Source: an uncultured bacterium (lineage in GTDB: Bacteria > Fidelibacterota > Marinisomatia > Marinisomatales > TCS56). From it: DNA of 64,000 nucleotides. Positions 47,383 to 56,772 of the stretch are shown here, one piece after another. Below the pieces are notes generated by a model that made no database searches, was not told where the DNA came from, and saw nothing but the letters and a program-made list of their open reading frames with translations. The DNA lies in contig CAZIJQ010000002.1 of NCBI GenBank assembly GCA_964539785.1, positions 21,926 through 85,925 of the forward strand. Reading direction: 5' to 3'. Made by a program: the position numbers and the translations under genes. Within the stretch, counting starts at the first letter, position 1; each line of letters starts with the position of its first letter.

Positions 47383-48269
47383 CCTTTTTTTCCTCTTATA
47401 GTTATTTGTTTAATTGTTTCCCAGCAAGCGCCAATGATTGAACCCATGGTCTCTGGGCTGTATTCGACAATTGTCTGACCATTGATCATTGCAGTAGTAA
47501 AAACATCATCATAAGGCAAATCAACAATGTGCGTAATTCCCTCTTCTATCAAATAATTTTTAATCTCAGCAGTAAGCTGCCCGTTTAAATCGGCTTTGTT
47601 GATTATGCAGCCAGTCAATAGACCAAATTTTTTTACCAGTTGATTGACCCTTTTCAAATCATGAAGCCCCGATACAGTCGGTTCGGTAACTAGAATTACA
47701 AAATGAGCTCCTGAAAGCGAGGACACTACCGGGCAGCCCACTCCGGGTGATCCATCCACTAAAACAAATTGCAGTCCATTTTCTTCGGCGAGCTGTCGGG
47801 CTTCATTTTTCACTTTAGTTACTAGTTTACCGGAATTTTCAGCACCAATACCCAGTCTGGCATGGACCATGGTACCACCGGTTTTGGTAGTTGATATATA
47901 CCATTCACCAACATTGTTCTCAGACATCCTGATAGCAGCGGTCGGGCAAACATGAGCACAATAACCACAACCTTCACAGCTTAACTGATCTATTGTAAAG
48001 CAGTCGTTTTGAAATTTAACAGCATCAAAGCGGCAGACCTCTTCACAACGGCCGCATTGGTTGCACAGGCTTTGATCAATTTCAGCCAGTTCACCACTGT
48101 AAAAATCTTCGCTTTGATGAAAGTTCGGTTGCAGCAGCAGATGTAAATCAGCCGCATCCACATCACAATCGGCGGTAACTATATCCTGACCTCCCAGATA
48201 AGCGAAAGCGCCAGTGAGGGATGTTTTCCCCGTACCACCTTTACCGGAAATTATAACAATCTCTTTCAT
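47379..48269 (-). CDS. MinD/ParA-type P-loop ATPase with inserted 2x[4Fe-4S] ferredoxin motifs
   Basis: 296 aa with Walker A SGKGGTGKTS and the motifs CNQCGRCEEVC and CEGCGYCAHVCP. There are 4-nt overlaps with both neighbours. Confidence 0.8.
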   Translation of the reverse strand: MKEIVIISGKGGTGKTSLTGAFAYLGGQDIVTADCDVDAADLHLLLQPNFHQSEDFYSGELAEIDQSLCNQCGRCEEVCRFDAVKFQNDCFTIDQLSCEGCGYCAHVCPTAAIRMSENNVGEWYISTTKTGGTMVHARLGIGAENSGKLVTKVKNEARQLAEENGLQFVLVDGSPGVGCPVVSSLSGAHFVILVTEPTVSGLHDLKRVNQLVKKFGLLTGCIINKADLNGQLTAEIKNYLIEEGITHIVDLPYDDVFTTAMINGQTIVEYSPETMGSIIGACWETIKQITIRGKKG

Positions 48270-49129
48270 GCCGATTCACCTTCAATCAATTGATTAAGTA
48301 CCTGGCTGATCGTTTCCAATTCCCGTTTTACCGCAGGTATATTTCGGTAAATCAATTCTCCCCTTGAATACATTTCGGCAATAAGTCGATCATTAGGAAT
48401 TTTTGCCAGTAGTGGGATATTGTTCTCCTGACAATAACTGAGAACAGCATCATCCCCAATACCAAATCGGTTGAGAACGATTCCGAATTGTTTTCCTAAC
48501 TTCCTGATCAATTCCACTGCCAGCTTCAGATCGTGGAGTCCGAAGGGGGTTGGTTCAGTAACCAGGATTACGAAATCGGCATCCTTCACTGCTTCAATTA
48601 CCGGGCAGGAAGTGCCGGGAGGTGAATCATAAATTTGCAGCAACTCACTGGAAAACTTTTCGTCAATATATTGTTTTGTCTGATTGATTAAAGGAACCGC
48701 ATGCTCCTGTCCAATCTCCAGACGGCTCTCAACAAATGAAAGATTACCAAATTGGAAATGGTTTAATTCCCCCATTTTTTGGGGCTGCATTGGCAGGGCT
48801 GAATCGGGACACAGCTCCGAGCAGGCATAGCAACTGTGGCATAAATCCGGGAAAATTATAATTTGTTGCCCTAATTGAAGCACAGCATTAAAATTGCAAA
48901 CATCCTGGCAAAGACCGCACAATGAGCAGGAACCACTCCAGGATGGAATCATCTTAAATTTTTCTTCAGTATGTAAAGCTTTACCGCTGAAAAATAAACC
49001 CGAGTTGGGCTCTTCCACGTCAAGATCGACCAGAACCACCGGGTTTTTCTCCGCCAAATAACTGGCCAGGTTAGTGGCTAAAGTGGTTTTTCCAGTACCG
49101 CCTTTTCCACTGGCAATCGCAATTTTCAT
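48266..49129 (-). CDS. MinD/ParA-type P-loop ATPase with inserted Cys-rich ferredoxin-like motifs (paralog)
   Basis: 287 aa with SGKGGTGKTT and the motifs CSLCGLCQDVC and CHSCYACSELCP. Confidence 0.8.
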   Translation of the reverse strand: MKIAIASGKGGTGKTTLATNLASYLAEKNPVVLVDLDVEEPNSGLFFSGKALHTEEKFKMIPSWSGSCSLCGLCQDVCNFNAVLQLGQQIIIFPDLCHSCYACSELCPDSALPMQPQKMGELNHFQFGNLSFVESRLEIGQEHAVPLINQTKQYIDEKFSSELLQIYDSPPGTSCPVIEAVKDADFVILVTEPTPFGLHDLKLAVELIRKLGKQFGIVLNRFGIGDDAVLSYCQENNIPLLAKIPNDRLIAEMYSRGELIYRNIPAVKRELETISQVLNQLIEGESA

Positions 49130-49251
49130 CTTTCCATATTCCGTATTCTACCGTTCAATACATTCAACCAGCTATCATTACTACTTCTGGAAGCAGGTTA
49201 TATTTACACCAATTTTCTAACAGTTATTCTAACACCAGAGTGATTCCGACA

Positions 49252-49554
49252 TTAGTCATCTTTTTTAGTTTTCGAAAGCTGCCGATCTAGTTCGGCTAAT
49301 CGCTGTTTTAAAATGGTAATTTCATTTTCGAGGTCATCTTTTCCGGGTGTGTCCGAAAAGTTAATCTCGCTAACAGGGCCGAAACCACGTCGGAACCCAA
49401 GACACCGGCCGCGACCAAAACTGCGGCCGCTGTTTCTTCCATAACCACCGGGCGCTAAATTGTATTCCAATTGATTGCCGCTCGCGTAGTTACCCATTCT
49501 ACGGCCGGTCAGTGAACCAACACCATCCGGATCGGTTCGATTTCTTCCAGGCAT
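49252..49554 (-). CDS. DUF5320-like small protein (Gly/Arg-rich N-terminus, C-terminal coiled coil)
   Basis: I trimmed the 173-aa track ORF to the Met at 49554 (MPGRNRTDPDG...). This start is preceded by AGGAAAGGAAAA, and the longer form overlaps the neighbouring NifX-like gene. The RG-rich region plus LENEITILKQRLAELDRQL match the DUF5320 pattern. Confidence 0.55.
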   Translation of the reverse strand: MPGRNRTDPDGVGSLTGRRMGNYASGNQLEYNLAPGGYGRNSGRSFGRGRCLGFRRGFGPVSEINFSDTPGKDDLENEITILKQRLAELDRQLSKTKKDD

Positions 49555-49591
49555 AATTTTTTCCTTTCCTGATATTTTGAGCAATTTGTTA

Positions 49592-49981
49592 TTAGCAGCC
49601 TTTATGACCATTATCATTCTTATGAAATGCATGCTGCCTGCAGGCATTTTCATCGGTGGCTGCCTGAAGGTGACCATTTTTCCACAGGTCCAATGCATTT
49701 TGAACACTGCCGCTAGCACCCACATAAACCATGATTCCCATATGCTCGAACATCTGAACTGCCCGACGGCCAAGACCCGAGCAAATCATTACTTCAACCC
49801 CCGCCATCTGCATTATTTCCGGCGGGTAACCTTTACCGCCCATATGTTCACTGGTATTTTCAATTACTTCAAATTCATTCGATTCAGAGTCAATAATTGT
49901 ATAGGTCGGCACACGACCAAAATGTTCGCCGATCATATCTTTCAATCCCATGTTGCTCATTGTGGGCATACATACTTTCAT
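49592..49981 (-). CDS. NifB/NifX-family small protein with His/Cys-rich tail
   Basis: 129 aa. HFGRVPTYTIID...GGKGYPPEIMQMAGVEVMICSGLGRRAV is the NifX-like core. The C-terminus reads CRQHAFHKNDNGHKGC. Confidence 0.7.
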   Translation of the reverse strand: MKVCMPTMSNMGLKDMIGEHFGRVPTYTIIDSESNEFEVIENTSEHMGGKGYPPEIMQMAGVEVMICSGLGRRAVQMFEHMGIMVYVGASGSVQNALDLWKNGHLQAATDENACRQHAFHKNDNGHKGC

Positions 49982-49982
49982 C

Positions 49983-50480
49983 TCACATTTCCTTCTGGTT
50001 TTGTTTTTGTTTTAGCAGATCGTGGTGGTAGGAATCTTCCCGCATCATTTTACTATCACATTTTGGACAACGCTCTTCCTGGCAGGGGATACCCTGCTGA
50101 TGAGGTATTTTTGTTTTACACTTGGGACAAAAACAATAGCCACCGGCACCCATCCTTTGTGATTTATTAATAGGCATAAATTCGCCTCCTCCAATAAAAA
50201 TTGCTTTACCATTAATCAGAGCATCAGCCACTTTTTTATGGGCAGAAGTAATGATTCTGCCAAACGTTTGCCGCGAGATATTCATATTCTCAGCGGCTTT
50301 TTCCTGATAGAAACCCTCTAAATCCGCCAAACGGATTGCCTCGAGTTCATCAATAGTCAGATCAATTTGCTCCAAACTGCCTACTGGCCGGCCTTGGGGT
50401 TTGAACAAAGTAATGTTTGGTTCATGCTCAACCCACCGACAGTGAAGGGGTCTTCCCGCTCTGTTCCGCTTATTTTTCAT
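49983..50480 (-). CDS. DUF134 (UPF0251) DNA-binding protein with C-terminal zinc-ribbon
   Basis: FKPQG...LTIDELEAIRLADLEGFYQEKAAENMNISRQTFGRIITSAHKKVADAL is the DUF134 sigma-70-region-4-like core. The C-terminus has CPKC...CPKC. I place the start at the second Met (50480); the track start is 50504. Confidence 0.65.
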   Translation of the reverse strand: MKNKRNRAGRPLHCRWVEHEPNITLFKPQGRPVGSLEQIDLTIDELEAIRLADLEGFYQEKAAENMNISRQTFGRIITSAHKKVADALINGKAIFIGGGEFMPINKSQRMGAGGYCFCPKCKTKIPHQQGIPCQEERCPKCDSKMMREDSYHHDLLKQKQNQKEM

Positions 50481-50632
50481 GGATAATATTAAGCATATGC
50501 CCATAAACTATAAAAGGAATTTATCTGCTTTTCTAATTTCTATATGTACTGGATTAGTGCTGCATTTTCATACAAATGGTTCGTAACATCGGTTAGTCTG
50601 AAATAATAAATGCAACTGCACAGGAGGGGTAA

Positions 50633-52330
50633 GTGCTGCTAATCAATCCCAAAACCGCCACTTTCGATCACCTTGACCCAGAAACAGCCAAACTACTGCG
50701 TAAGACTGTCCAGTGGTTCGAGAACAAAGGTAAAGCCAGTATCAAGCACGATGACCACGAACGGGTCTGGTATGATGATTTCCTGGAATTTGTTAAACAA
50801 GAGCAATTGTTTGCAACCTTCCTAACGCCCAGCCAGTTCGGCAGTGCTAATCAGCGCTGGGATACCTATCGCAACTGCGCCCTGAATGAAGTCCTGGGTT
50901 TTTATGGTCTGGCATATTGGTACACCTGGCAGGTAACGATCCTGGGATTGGGACCGATCTGGATGAGCGCTAATCAGCCGGTGCAAAAGAAAACAGCTCA
51001 GCTCCTGATGGAAGGCGCTATTTTCGCTTTCGGCCTATCTGAAAAAGAACACGGGGCCGACATCTATTCCTCCGACATGCAGCTTAAGCCACAATCGGAT
51101 GGCACATATCTGGCGGATGGTGATAAATATTATATCGGCAATGCCAACCAGGCTGCCCTGGTTTCAACCTTCGGTGTCCTGTCGGATTCCAATGATTATG
51201 TCTTTTTCGTCGTCGATTCCCAGCATAAAAAATTCGAATGCATTAAGAATATCTGCAATTCACAGAATTATGTGGCCGAGTACGCCCTACATGATTATCC
51301 GTTGACTGACGCTGAACTGCTTGCTACAGGCCGGGAGGCCTGGGATATGTCTCTGAATACGGTCAATGTCGGTAAATATAATCTCGGCTGGGCCTCGATC
51401 GGCATCTGTACCCACGCCTTTTACGAAGCCCTGAATCACGCCGCTCACCGACATCTATTCGATCACACTGTCACCGATTTCGTCCATATCAAACAGTCTT
51501 TTGTTGATGCCTACACCCGACTGGCTGCCATGAAGCTGTTTGCACTGCGGGCCTCCGACTACCTGCGCTCAGCCTCGACCGAAGACCGGCGCTACCTGCT
51601 CTATAATCCCATGGTGAAAATGAAGGTCACAACCCAGGGAGAGACCGTAATTAACCTGCTATGGGATGTGATCGCCGCCAAAGGCTTCGAAAAGGATATG
51701 ATCTTTGAAATGGCTGCCCGCGATATCCGGGCTCTACCCAAGCTGGAGGGAACCGTACACGTGAACATGGCCCTGATTATCAAATTCATGGCTAATTATT
51801 TCTTCCGTCCCGCCTCCTATCCCCCGGTGCATCTTCGAGCTGAAGCCGTCAATGATGATTTCCTGTTCAACCAGGGTCATACAAAAGGCTTGGGCAAGAT
51901 TAAATTCCATGATTATCGACCGGTCTACAATAGTGTTGATTTGCCCAACGTTGACATCTTCAAAAAACAGATTAAAACTCTGAAGAAATTTCTCCTGCTG
52001 GCAAAGCCCAACAGTGAGCAGATCAAGGACTTCGATTTCCTGCTGAACCTGGGCGAATTATTCACGCTGGTGGTTTACGGACAATTAATTATTGAAAAGG
52101 CACAACATGATAATATGGACCTTGACCTGTTGGATCAGATCTTTGATTTCATGGTCCGCGATTTCTCCCAGTACGCTTTAGTTCTGTACTCCAAAACCAG
52201 CAGCACAGCCCGTCAGAAATTTTTCTGCCGCCGAATGATCCGAAAGCCGGTCACCGACCAGGATCGGTTCCAGCGTGTTTTGGATCAGCAGGTTTACGCC
52301 TTGACCGATTCATATGCGATGAATGCCTGA
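50633..52330 (+). CDS. Acyl-CoA dehydrogenase family protein (long form)
   Basis: 565 aa with a GTG start 5 nt after GGAGGGG. GLSEKEHGADIYSS fits the ACAD signature-1 pattern. Confidence 0.6.
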   Translation: MLLINPKTATFDHLDPETAKLLRKTVQWFENKGKASIKHDDHERVWYDDFLEFVKQEQLFATFLTPSQFGSANQRWDTYRNCALNEVLGFYGLAYWYTWQVTILGLGPIWMSANQPVQKKTAQLLMEGAIFAFGLSEKEHGADIYSSDMQLKPQSDGTYLADGDKYYIGNANQAALVSTFGVLSDSNDYVFFVVDSQHKKFECIKNICNSQNYVAEYALHDYPLTDAELLATGREAWDMSLNTVNVGKYNLGWASIGICTHAFYEALNHAAHRHLFDHTVTDFVHIKQSFVDAYTRLAAMKLFALRASDYLRSASTEDRRYLLYNPMVKMKVTTQGETVINLLWDVIAAKGFEKDMIFEMAARDIRALPKLEGTVHVNMALIIKFMANYFFRPASYPPVHLRAEAVNDDFLFNQGHTKGLGKIKFHDYRPVYNSVDLPNVDIFKKQIKTLKKFLLLAKPNSEQIKDFDFLLNLGELFTLVVYGQLIIEKAQHDNMDLDLLDQIFDFMVRDFSQYALVLYSKTSSTARQKFFCRRMIRKPVTDQDRFQRVLDQQVYALTDSYAMNA

Positions 52331-52407
52331 CAGCGTCTGAAATAAATATAAGTATACATGTAATCAGCCACGGTTTCAACCGTGGGTAACTGATCAGACA
52401 TTTATGT

Positions 52408-52434
52408 AAACCGTTTAAACGGTTTCGGTTTTTC
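52408..52434 (+). terminator. Probable rho-independent terminator of the ACAD-family gene
   Basis: Palindrome AAACCGTTTAAACGGTTT (52408-52425) followed by CGGTTTTTC. Confidence 0.5.
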
Positions 52435-52525
52435 TTAATTTGTAACCCATAGTTGAAACTATGGGCTATTGGCTACCATTTAATTCTGACCGTCCCGGAC
52501 GCTCCAAGCGTCCAGGACGATAACA

Positions 52526-52745
<220 letters not shown>

Positions 52746-52779
52746 AAAATGTTGTCAAATATCGTTTCGTGGTAGAAAT

Positions 52780-52833
52780 GCCCGACCCTCCCGATCCAAT
52801 CGGGATGCGCTAACCGGGCTGCGCTACACTCCG
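52780..52833 (-). pseudogene. tRNA-Pro(TGG) 5' fragment (54 nt, no T-arm or acceptor 3' strand)
   Basis: CGGAGTGTAGCGCAGCCCGGTTAGCGCA TCCCG ATTGGAT CGGGA GGGTC GGGC. The first 28 nt are identical to the intact gene, but the anticodon stem differs. Confidence 0.8.
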
Positions 52834-52867
52834 AAAATGTTGTCAAATATCGTTTCGTGGTAGAAAT

Positions 52868-52958
52868 GCCCGACCCTCCCAATCTAATCGGGATGCGCTA
52901 ACCGGGCTGCCTGTCCGCCGTATTCCGTACCAACGGAGGTAGGCGGACGCTACACTCC
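52868..52958 (-). pseudogene. tRNA-Pro-like 5' fragment with 38-nt hairpin insertion in the D-arm and anticodon TGG->TAG
   Basis: Same as the previous fragment except for an insertion at 52911-52948 (stem GTCCGCC/GGCGGAC), two substitutions in the anticodon arm, and loss of base 1. Confidence 0.75.
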
Positions 52959-53033
52959 AAATTTTAATACCAGAAAACACAGTCGTCGGGCGAAGCCGCG
53001 CCATAGTTCCTATTTCAATCGGAACGAAGTCGG

Positions 53034-53108
53034 GGTGAGCGATGGGACTTGAACCCACGGCCTTCTGGGCCACAACCAGATGCTCTAACCTGCTGAGCTA
53101 CGCCCACC
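53034..53108 (-). tRNA. tRNA-His (anticodon GTG)
   Basis: Hand-folded 75 nt: G GTGGGCG TA GCTC AGCAGGTTA GAGC A TCTGG TTGTGGC CCAGA AGGCC GTGGG TTCAAGT CCCAT CGCTCAC C. The encoded extra 5' G (G-1) opposite C73 is the His identity element. Confidence 0.9.
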
Positions 53109-53298
53109 AAACGGCCTCAAATGAGGCAGGCGAAATTAGTAGGATTTAGCGCCGTAAACAAGCCGGAATATTCATCGAAATCCGCTATCAAATTCAGTAA
53201 CAACAACCTGACTTACTAACATAAATCACGGATCATTTCAATGATAATAGCCAATTACTTACACTCACATATAAATCATAACTGATGTAATTTCCGCC

Positions 53299-54681
53299 AT
53301 GCGACTTCTATCCCGCTACATAATAAAGGAATTATTCCTGCCTTTTATTTTTTCCCTGCTGATAATTGTATTTCTCCTTTTCACTAATTTTTTATTGCGG
53401 GCAATCGACCGGTTCCTTGGTAAAGGAATCGATGTCTGGACGATTTTGGAATATCTGGTCTTAAATCTGGCCTGGATTATTGCCCTGGCTGTGCCAATGG
53501 CGGTTCTGATTGCAGCCTTGATGGCATTTGGCCGCCTTTCGGAAGACAATGAAATAACCGCAATGCGGACATCAGGAATCAGCTTTCTGACCATCATCCG
53601 ACCAGCTTTATTTTTTGGATTAATTGTCGGCGGTACACTGGTTTACTTCAATAATTTTGTATTACCTCACATGAACCACCGGGCACGGATTCTTTCCGGT
53701 GATATATATCGAAAACGCCCCGGTCTGAGCATTGAACCGGGATATTTTGTAGAAGATATTCCCAATTACAGCTTGATTATCGGTGGCCAGGATAATGAAA
53801 TGATGCAGGATGTTCGCATCTTCAGCAAGGATAATAAGGAAACACAAACTACCATATTTGCCAAGCAAGGAAAATTGAGCACCATCGATGATGCAATCGT
53901 ATTAACCCTGTACGATGGTGAAATCCACGAACTTGATCTGCTCGATTACGGAAATTTCCGCCGGATAAAGTTTGAACGGCATAGAATCATTATACCGGCC
54001 GACGATCTACTGCTTAAACGGCGCGATAAATCATCCCGAACCGATCGTGAAATGACCGTCCCAATGATGATCAAAAAACAAAAGACCTACTCCGAGCGCA
54101 TTACCACCGTTAAATCACGGCTGGCGAAATCATTTGATCGCGCTATTGGTGACAGTATAGTTCCTCCCAATCTGGAAACAGCAACTGAGATTATCAGCCT
54201 GTACCGGGCCCAGTTAAAAACTGACACGACCCTGACCGATGCACAATTCCGGGTTAACGACCGCCGTGCCCGTAGCCTTGAACGACAGGCAAAAAATGAA
54301 TATAATCTGATTTATAGTTATCATAAGAGTATGAATAAATATGGTGTGGAAATCCATAAAAAATTCTCTCTGCCATTTGCCTGTCTGCTATTTGTACTGG
54401 TCGGTGCACCATTGGGAGTACTGGCCAAAAAAGGCGGCTTTGTCGTTGGAATGAGCATGAGTTTTGGCTTTTTTCTGGTTTATTATATCATGCTGATCGG
54501 CGGCGAAGAAATTGCCGATCGGAACATATTGCAACCCTATGTCGCCATGTGGCTACCCAATTTAATATTATTGATTATTGCACTCTATCTTACACTACAT
54601 ACCGTGCGCGAACGTGCCCCTCTGCGCATTAACTGGCGATTACCTAAATTATTGCTTAGGAAAAAACATGATTCCAGCTGA
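53299..54681 (+). CDS. LptF/LptG-family lipopolysaccharide export permease
   Basis: 460 aa. The N-terminal LLSRYIIKELFLPFIFSL is the YjgP/YjgQ family opening, with multiple TM segments and a periplasmic beta-jellyroll region. Confidence 0.8.
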   Translation: MRLLSRYIIKELFLPFIFSLLIIVFLLFTNFLLRAIDRFLGKGIDVWTILEYLVLNLAWIIALAVPMAVLIAALMAFGRLSEDNEITAMRTSGISFLTIIRPALFFGLIVGGTLVYFNNFVLPHMNHRARILSGDIYRKRPGLSIEPGYFVEDIPNYSLIIGGQDNEMMQDVRIFSKDNKETQTTIFAKQGKLSTIDDAIVLTLYDGEIHELDLLDYGNFRRIKFERHRIIIPADDLLLKRRDKSSRTDREMTVPMMIKKQKTYSERITTVKSRLAKSFDRAIGDSIVPPNLETATEIISLYRAQLKTDTTLTDAQFRVNDRRARSLERQAKNEYNLIYSYHKSMNKYGVEIHKKFSLPFACLLFVLVGAPLGVLAKKGGFVVGMSMSFGFFLVYYIMLIGGEEIADRNILQPYVAMWLPNLILLIIALYLTLHTVRERAPLRINWRLPKLLLRKKHDSS

Positions 54682-55957
54682 AATAATTCAACGAAAAAGA
54701 GATGGTAAAGTCTTGACATCTGATGAAATGCAATTTTTTATCAATGGCTATACCACTGGCAGTTTGCCGGATTACCAGATGTCAGCGCTGTTGATGGCAA
54801 TCTTTTTCAAGGGGATGGAATTCCAAGAAATATCGGTTCTTACGGAATTGATGATTGATTCCGGAAAACGAATGGATTTTTCATATCTCGATACCTATGT
54901 TGCCGACAAACACAGCACCGGTGGTGTTGGTGATAAGGTGTCCATCATCCTGGGACCGCTCATGGCAGCGGCCGGGTTGGCCATACCAATGATCAGCGGC
55001 CGGGGTCTGGGGCACACCGGCGGCACACTTGATAAACTTGAAACAATTCCTGGATTTCGCACCGAATTGTCCCTGCAAGAATTCCGGGAGGCCGTAGAGA
55101 AAACCGGCATTGCAATGATTGGTCAAACCGGAGAAATCTGTCCTGCCGATAAAAAAATCTATGCCCTGCGTGATGTAACCGGCACCATCCAGTCGATTCC
55201 CCTCATTTGCGGATCGATCATGAGCAAGAAAATTGCCGAAGGTATTCAGGGCCTGGTTTTGGATGTTAAAACCGGCAACGGCGCATTTATGAAAACGCAG
55301 GCGCAAGCCCGGGATCTGGCTGACCACCTGACCAGAATTGGAGTCGATTTTGAGGTTAAGACCGATACCGTGTTCACCAGTATGAATCAACCCCTGGGTG
55401 ACTATGCTGGCCTTTGGTGCGAAATACTTGAATCCATCAATTGCCTCCACGGTGGTGGACCGGACGATACAATGGCGGTGACCTATAAGTTGGGGGCGCG
55501 TTTGCTGATCCAAGCCGGTATTGCTGATTCGGAGGAGGCAGCGATTTCTCTTCAACAGTCACTGATCGCTGACGGACAGGCTTGGAATAAATTTTTAGAA
55601 ATGGTAGATTCCCAGGATGGCGACATAGAGGTTTTTACTAATCCCAAACAAGAGCACAAGCCGCTGTACACCAGAGATTTTGTTGCACCTGCGACCGGTT
55701 ATATCGAGGCAATGGATACTTACAAAGTCGGTCTGGCAACCGTCAGCCTGGGCTGCGGCAGATTGAAAACTGACGACGCCGTGGATCCTACTGCAGGGAT
55801 GGAGTTCGTACATAAAATCGGTTCAGAGGTCACGCAGGGAGATACCCTGATTCGCTGCTTTAATTCGGATCCCGCCAAATTAGATCAGGCTATAGCACTA
55901 TTAGATGGAACAATTTCAATTGGTACAAATAAAGTTAAGCATCAATTATTTTTGTAA
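54668..55957 (+). CDS. deoA: Thymidine / pyrimidine-nucleoside phosphorylase
   Basis: I trimmed to the ATG at 54668 (MIPAEIIQRKRDGKVLT...). It has HSTGGVGDK and SGRGLGHTGGTLDKLE motifs. It overlaps the lptF/G end by 14 nt. Confidence 0.85.
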   Translation: MIPAEIIQRKRDGKVLTSDEMQFFINGYTTGSLPDYQMSALLMAIFFKGMEFQEISVLTELMIDSGKRMDFSYLDTYVADKHSTGGVGDKVSIILGPLMAAAGLAIPMISGRGLGHTGGTLDKLETIPGFRTELSLQEFREAVEKTGIAMIGQTGEICPADKKIYALRDVTGTIQSIPLICGSIMSKKIAEGIQGLVLDVKTGNGAFMKTQAQARDLADHLTRIGVDFEVKTDTVFTSMNQPLGDYAGLWCEILESINCLHGGGPDDTMAVTYKLGARLLIQAGIADSEEAAISLQQSLIADGQAWNKFLEMVDSQDGDIEVFTNPKQEHKPLYTRDFVAPATGYIEAMDTYKVGLATVSLGCGRLKTDDAVDPTAGMEFVHKIGSEVTQGDTLIRCFNSDPAKLDQAIALLDGTISIGTNKVKHQLFL

Positions 55958-55972
55958 CATTGGGAGGTTACT

Positions 55973-56746
55973 ATGGAACAGCATTTCAAGCAATTATCAT
56001 CATCTGATCCAAAAATCGTCGCTCGGGGCATAGCTGAAATCGCCATAGAGCTAAAATCGGAAGTCAGTGAAGAGAATATGGCGCTGATGTTTGATGCTTT
56101 ATCCAGTCTGTTTTACATCGACACGTTCGACCGGCCGGATTTGCGTGAAGTGCGTAATCAAGCTCAGGAAGTAATCGCGCAAATGGGTCCCCGAGCAATC
56201 CCATTGATCATGAGTCGCCTGGAGCACACTGACCTGAAAGCCGAGCTAGTGTTGGCTCAAACCTGCGGCATGATGGGTGAGGTGGCCATCGAGCCATTGC
56301 TCAAAGCTTATAATGACCGGCCCGAAGCTGTTTCTCGATCCTTCGCCCTATATGCCTTTGGGAAAATTCGTTCTCCTAAAATTATAGCTGTTCTGCCCAC
56401 TGTTCTGCAAGCGGTAAAAAGTCCCAGCCGGGAATTGGAAGACACGGCTGTGCGGGCGCTAGGTAAAATTTGCGAATCGATTGATCCGGTCGATATCGAT
56501 ACTGAAATAATCGATGATATATTTTATACCCTGATCAAAAAACTAACCAATCCCAATGATGTAATCAGGTCAAAGGCAGTCCGAAGTTTGGGAAAATTAG
56601 TGCGTTTTGGATTTACCGATAATTCTCAGAAGGAACATCTACGCTCCCAGATAAACGATATTTTGGGGTTGAATGAAGAACAGCACTGGGATTATGCTTA
56701 TCTTGTACGGCGCGAGGCCCAGGAAGTAATCAATTACCTCGATTGA
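55973..56746 (+). CDS. HEAT-repeat (PBS-lyase-like) protein
   Basis: 257 aa, all-helical and repetitive, with a recurring AVRALGKI / AVRSLGKL pattern typical of HEAT_2 repeats. Confidence 0.45.
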   Translation: MEQHFKQLSSSDPKIVARGIAEIAIELKSEVSEENMALMFDALSSLFYIDTFDRPDLREVRNQAQEVIAQMGPRAIPLIMSRLEHTDLKAELVLAQTCGMMGEVAIEPLLKAYNDRPEAVSRSFALYAFGKIRSPKIIAVLPTVLQAVKSPSRELEDTAVRALGKICESIDPVDIDTEIIDDIFYTLIKKLTNPNDVIRSKAVRSLGKLVRFGFTDNSQKEHLRSQINDILGLNEEQHWDYAYLVRREAQEVINYLD

Positions 56747-56772
56747 CCCTGCTTTAATACCAAAAAGAAATA

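Larger units (their letters stand above)
52746..52958. repeat. Tandem repeat (88-bp unit x2, second unit +38-nt insertion) of spacer plus 5' tRNA-Pro fragment
   Basis: AAAATGTTGTCAAATATCGTTTCGTGGTAGAAAT occurs at 52746 and 52834. Each copy is followed by a 54-nt tRNA-Pro 5' portion. Confidence 0.9.

Noticed and set aside
49555-49773. N-terminal 73-codon extension of the DUF5320-like ORF as given in the track.
   Set aside because: The extension overlaps the NifX-like gene (49592-49981) in another frame and has odd composition. The internal Met at 49554 has a strong RBS and begins the family-typical MPGR... sequence.
52843-53073. 76-aa ORF on the minus strand.
   Set aside because: It is read through the tRNA-His gene and the tRNA-Pro fragment array, so it is not a plausible protein.
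54578-54667. 30-codon N-terminal extension of the thymidine phosphorylase ORF.
   Set aside because: It lies inside the lptF/G coding region. The family-typical N-terminus starts at the Met at 54668.
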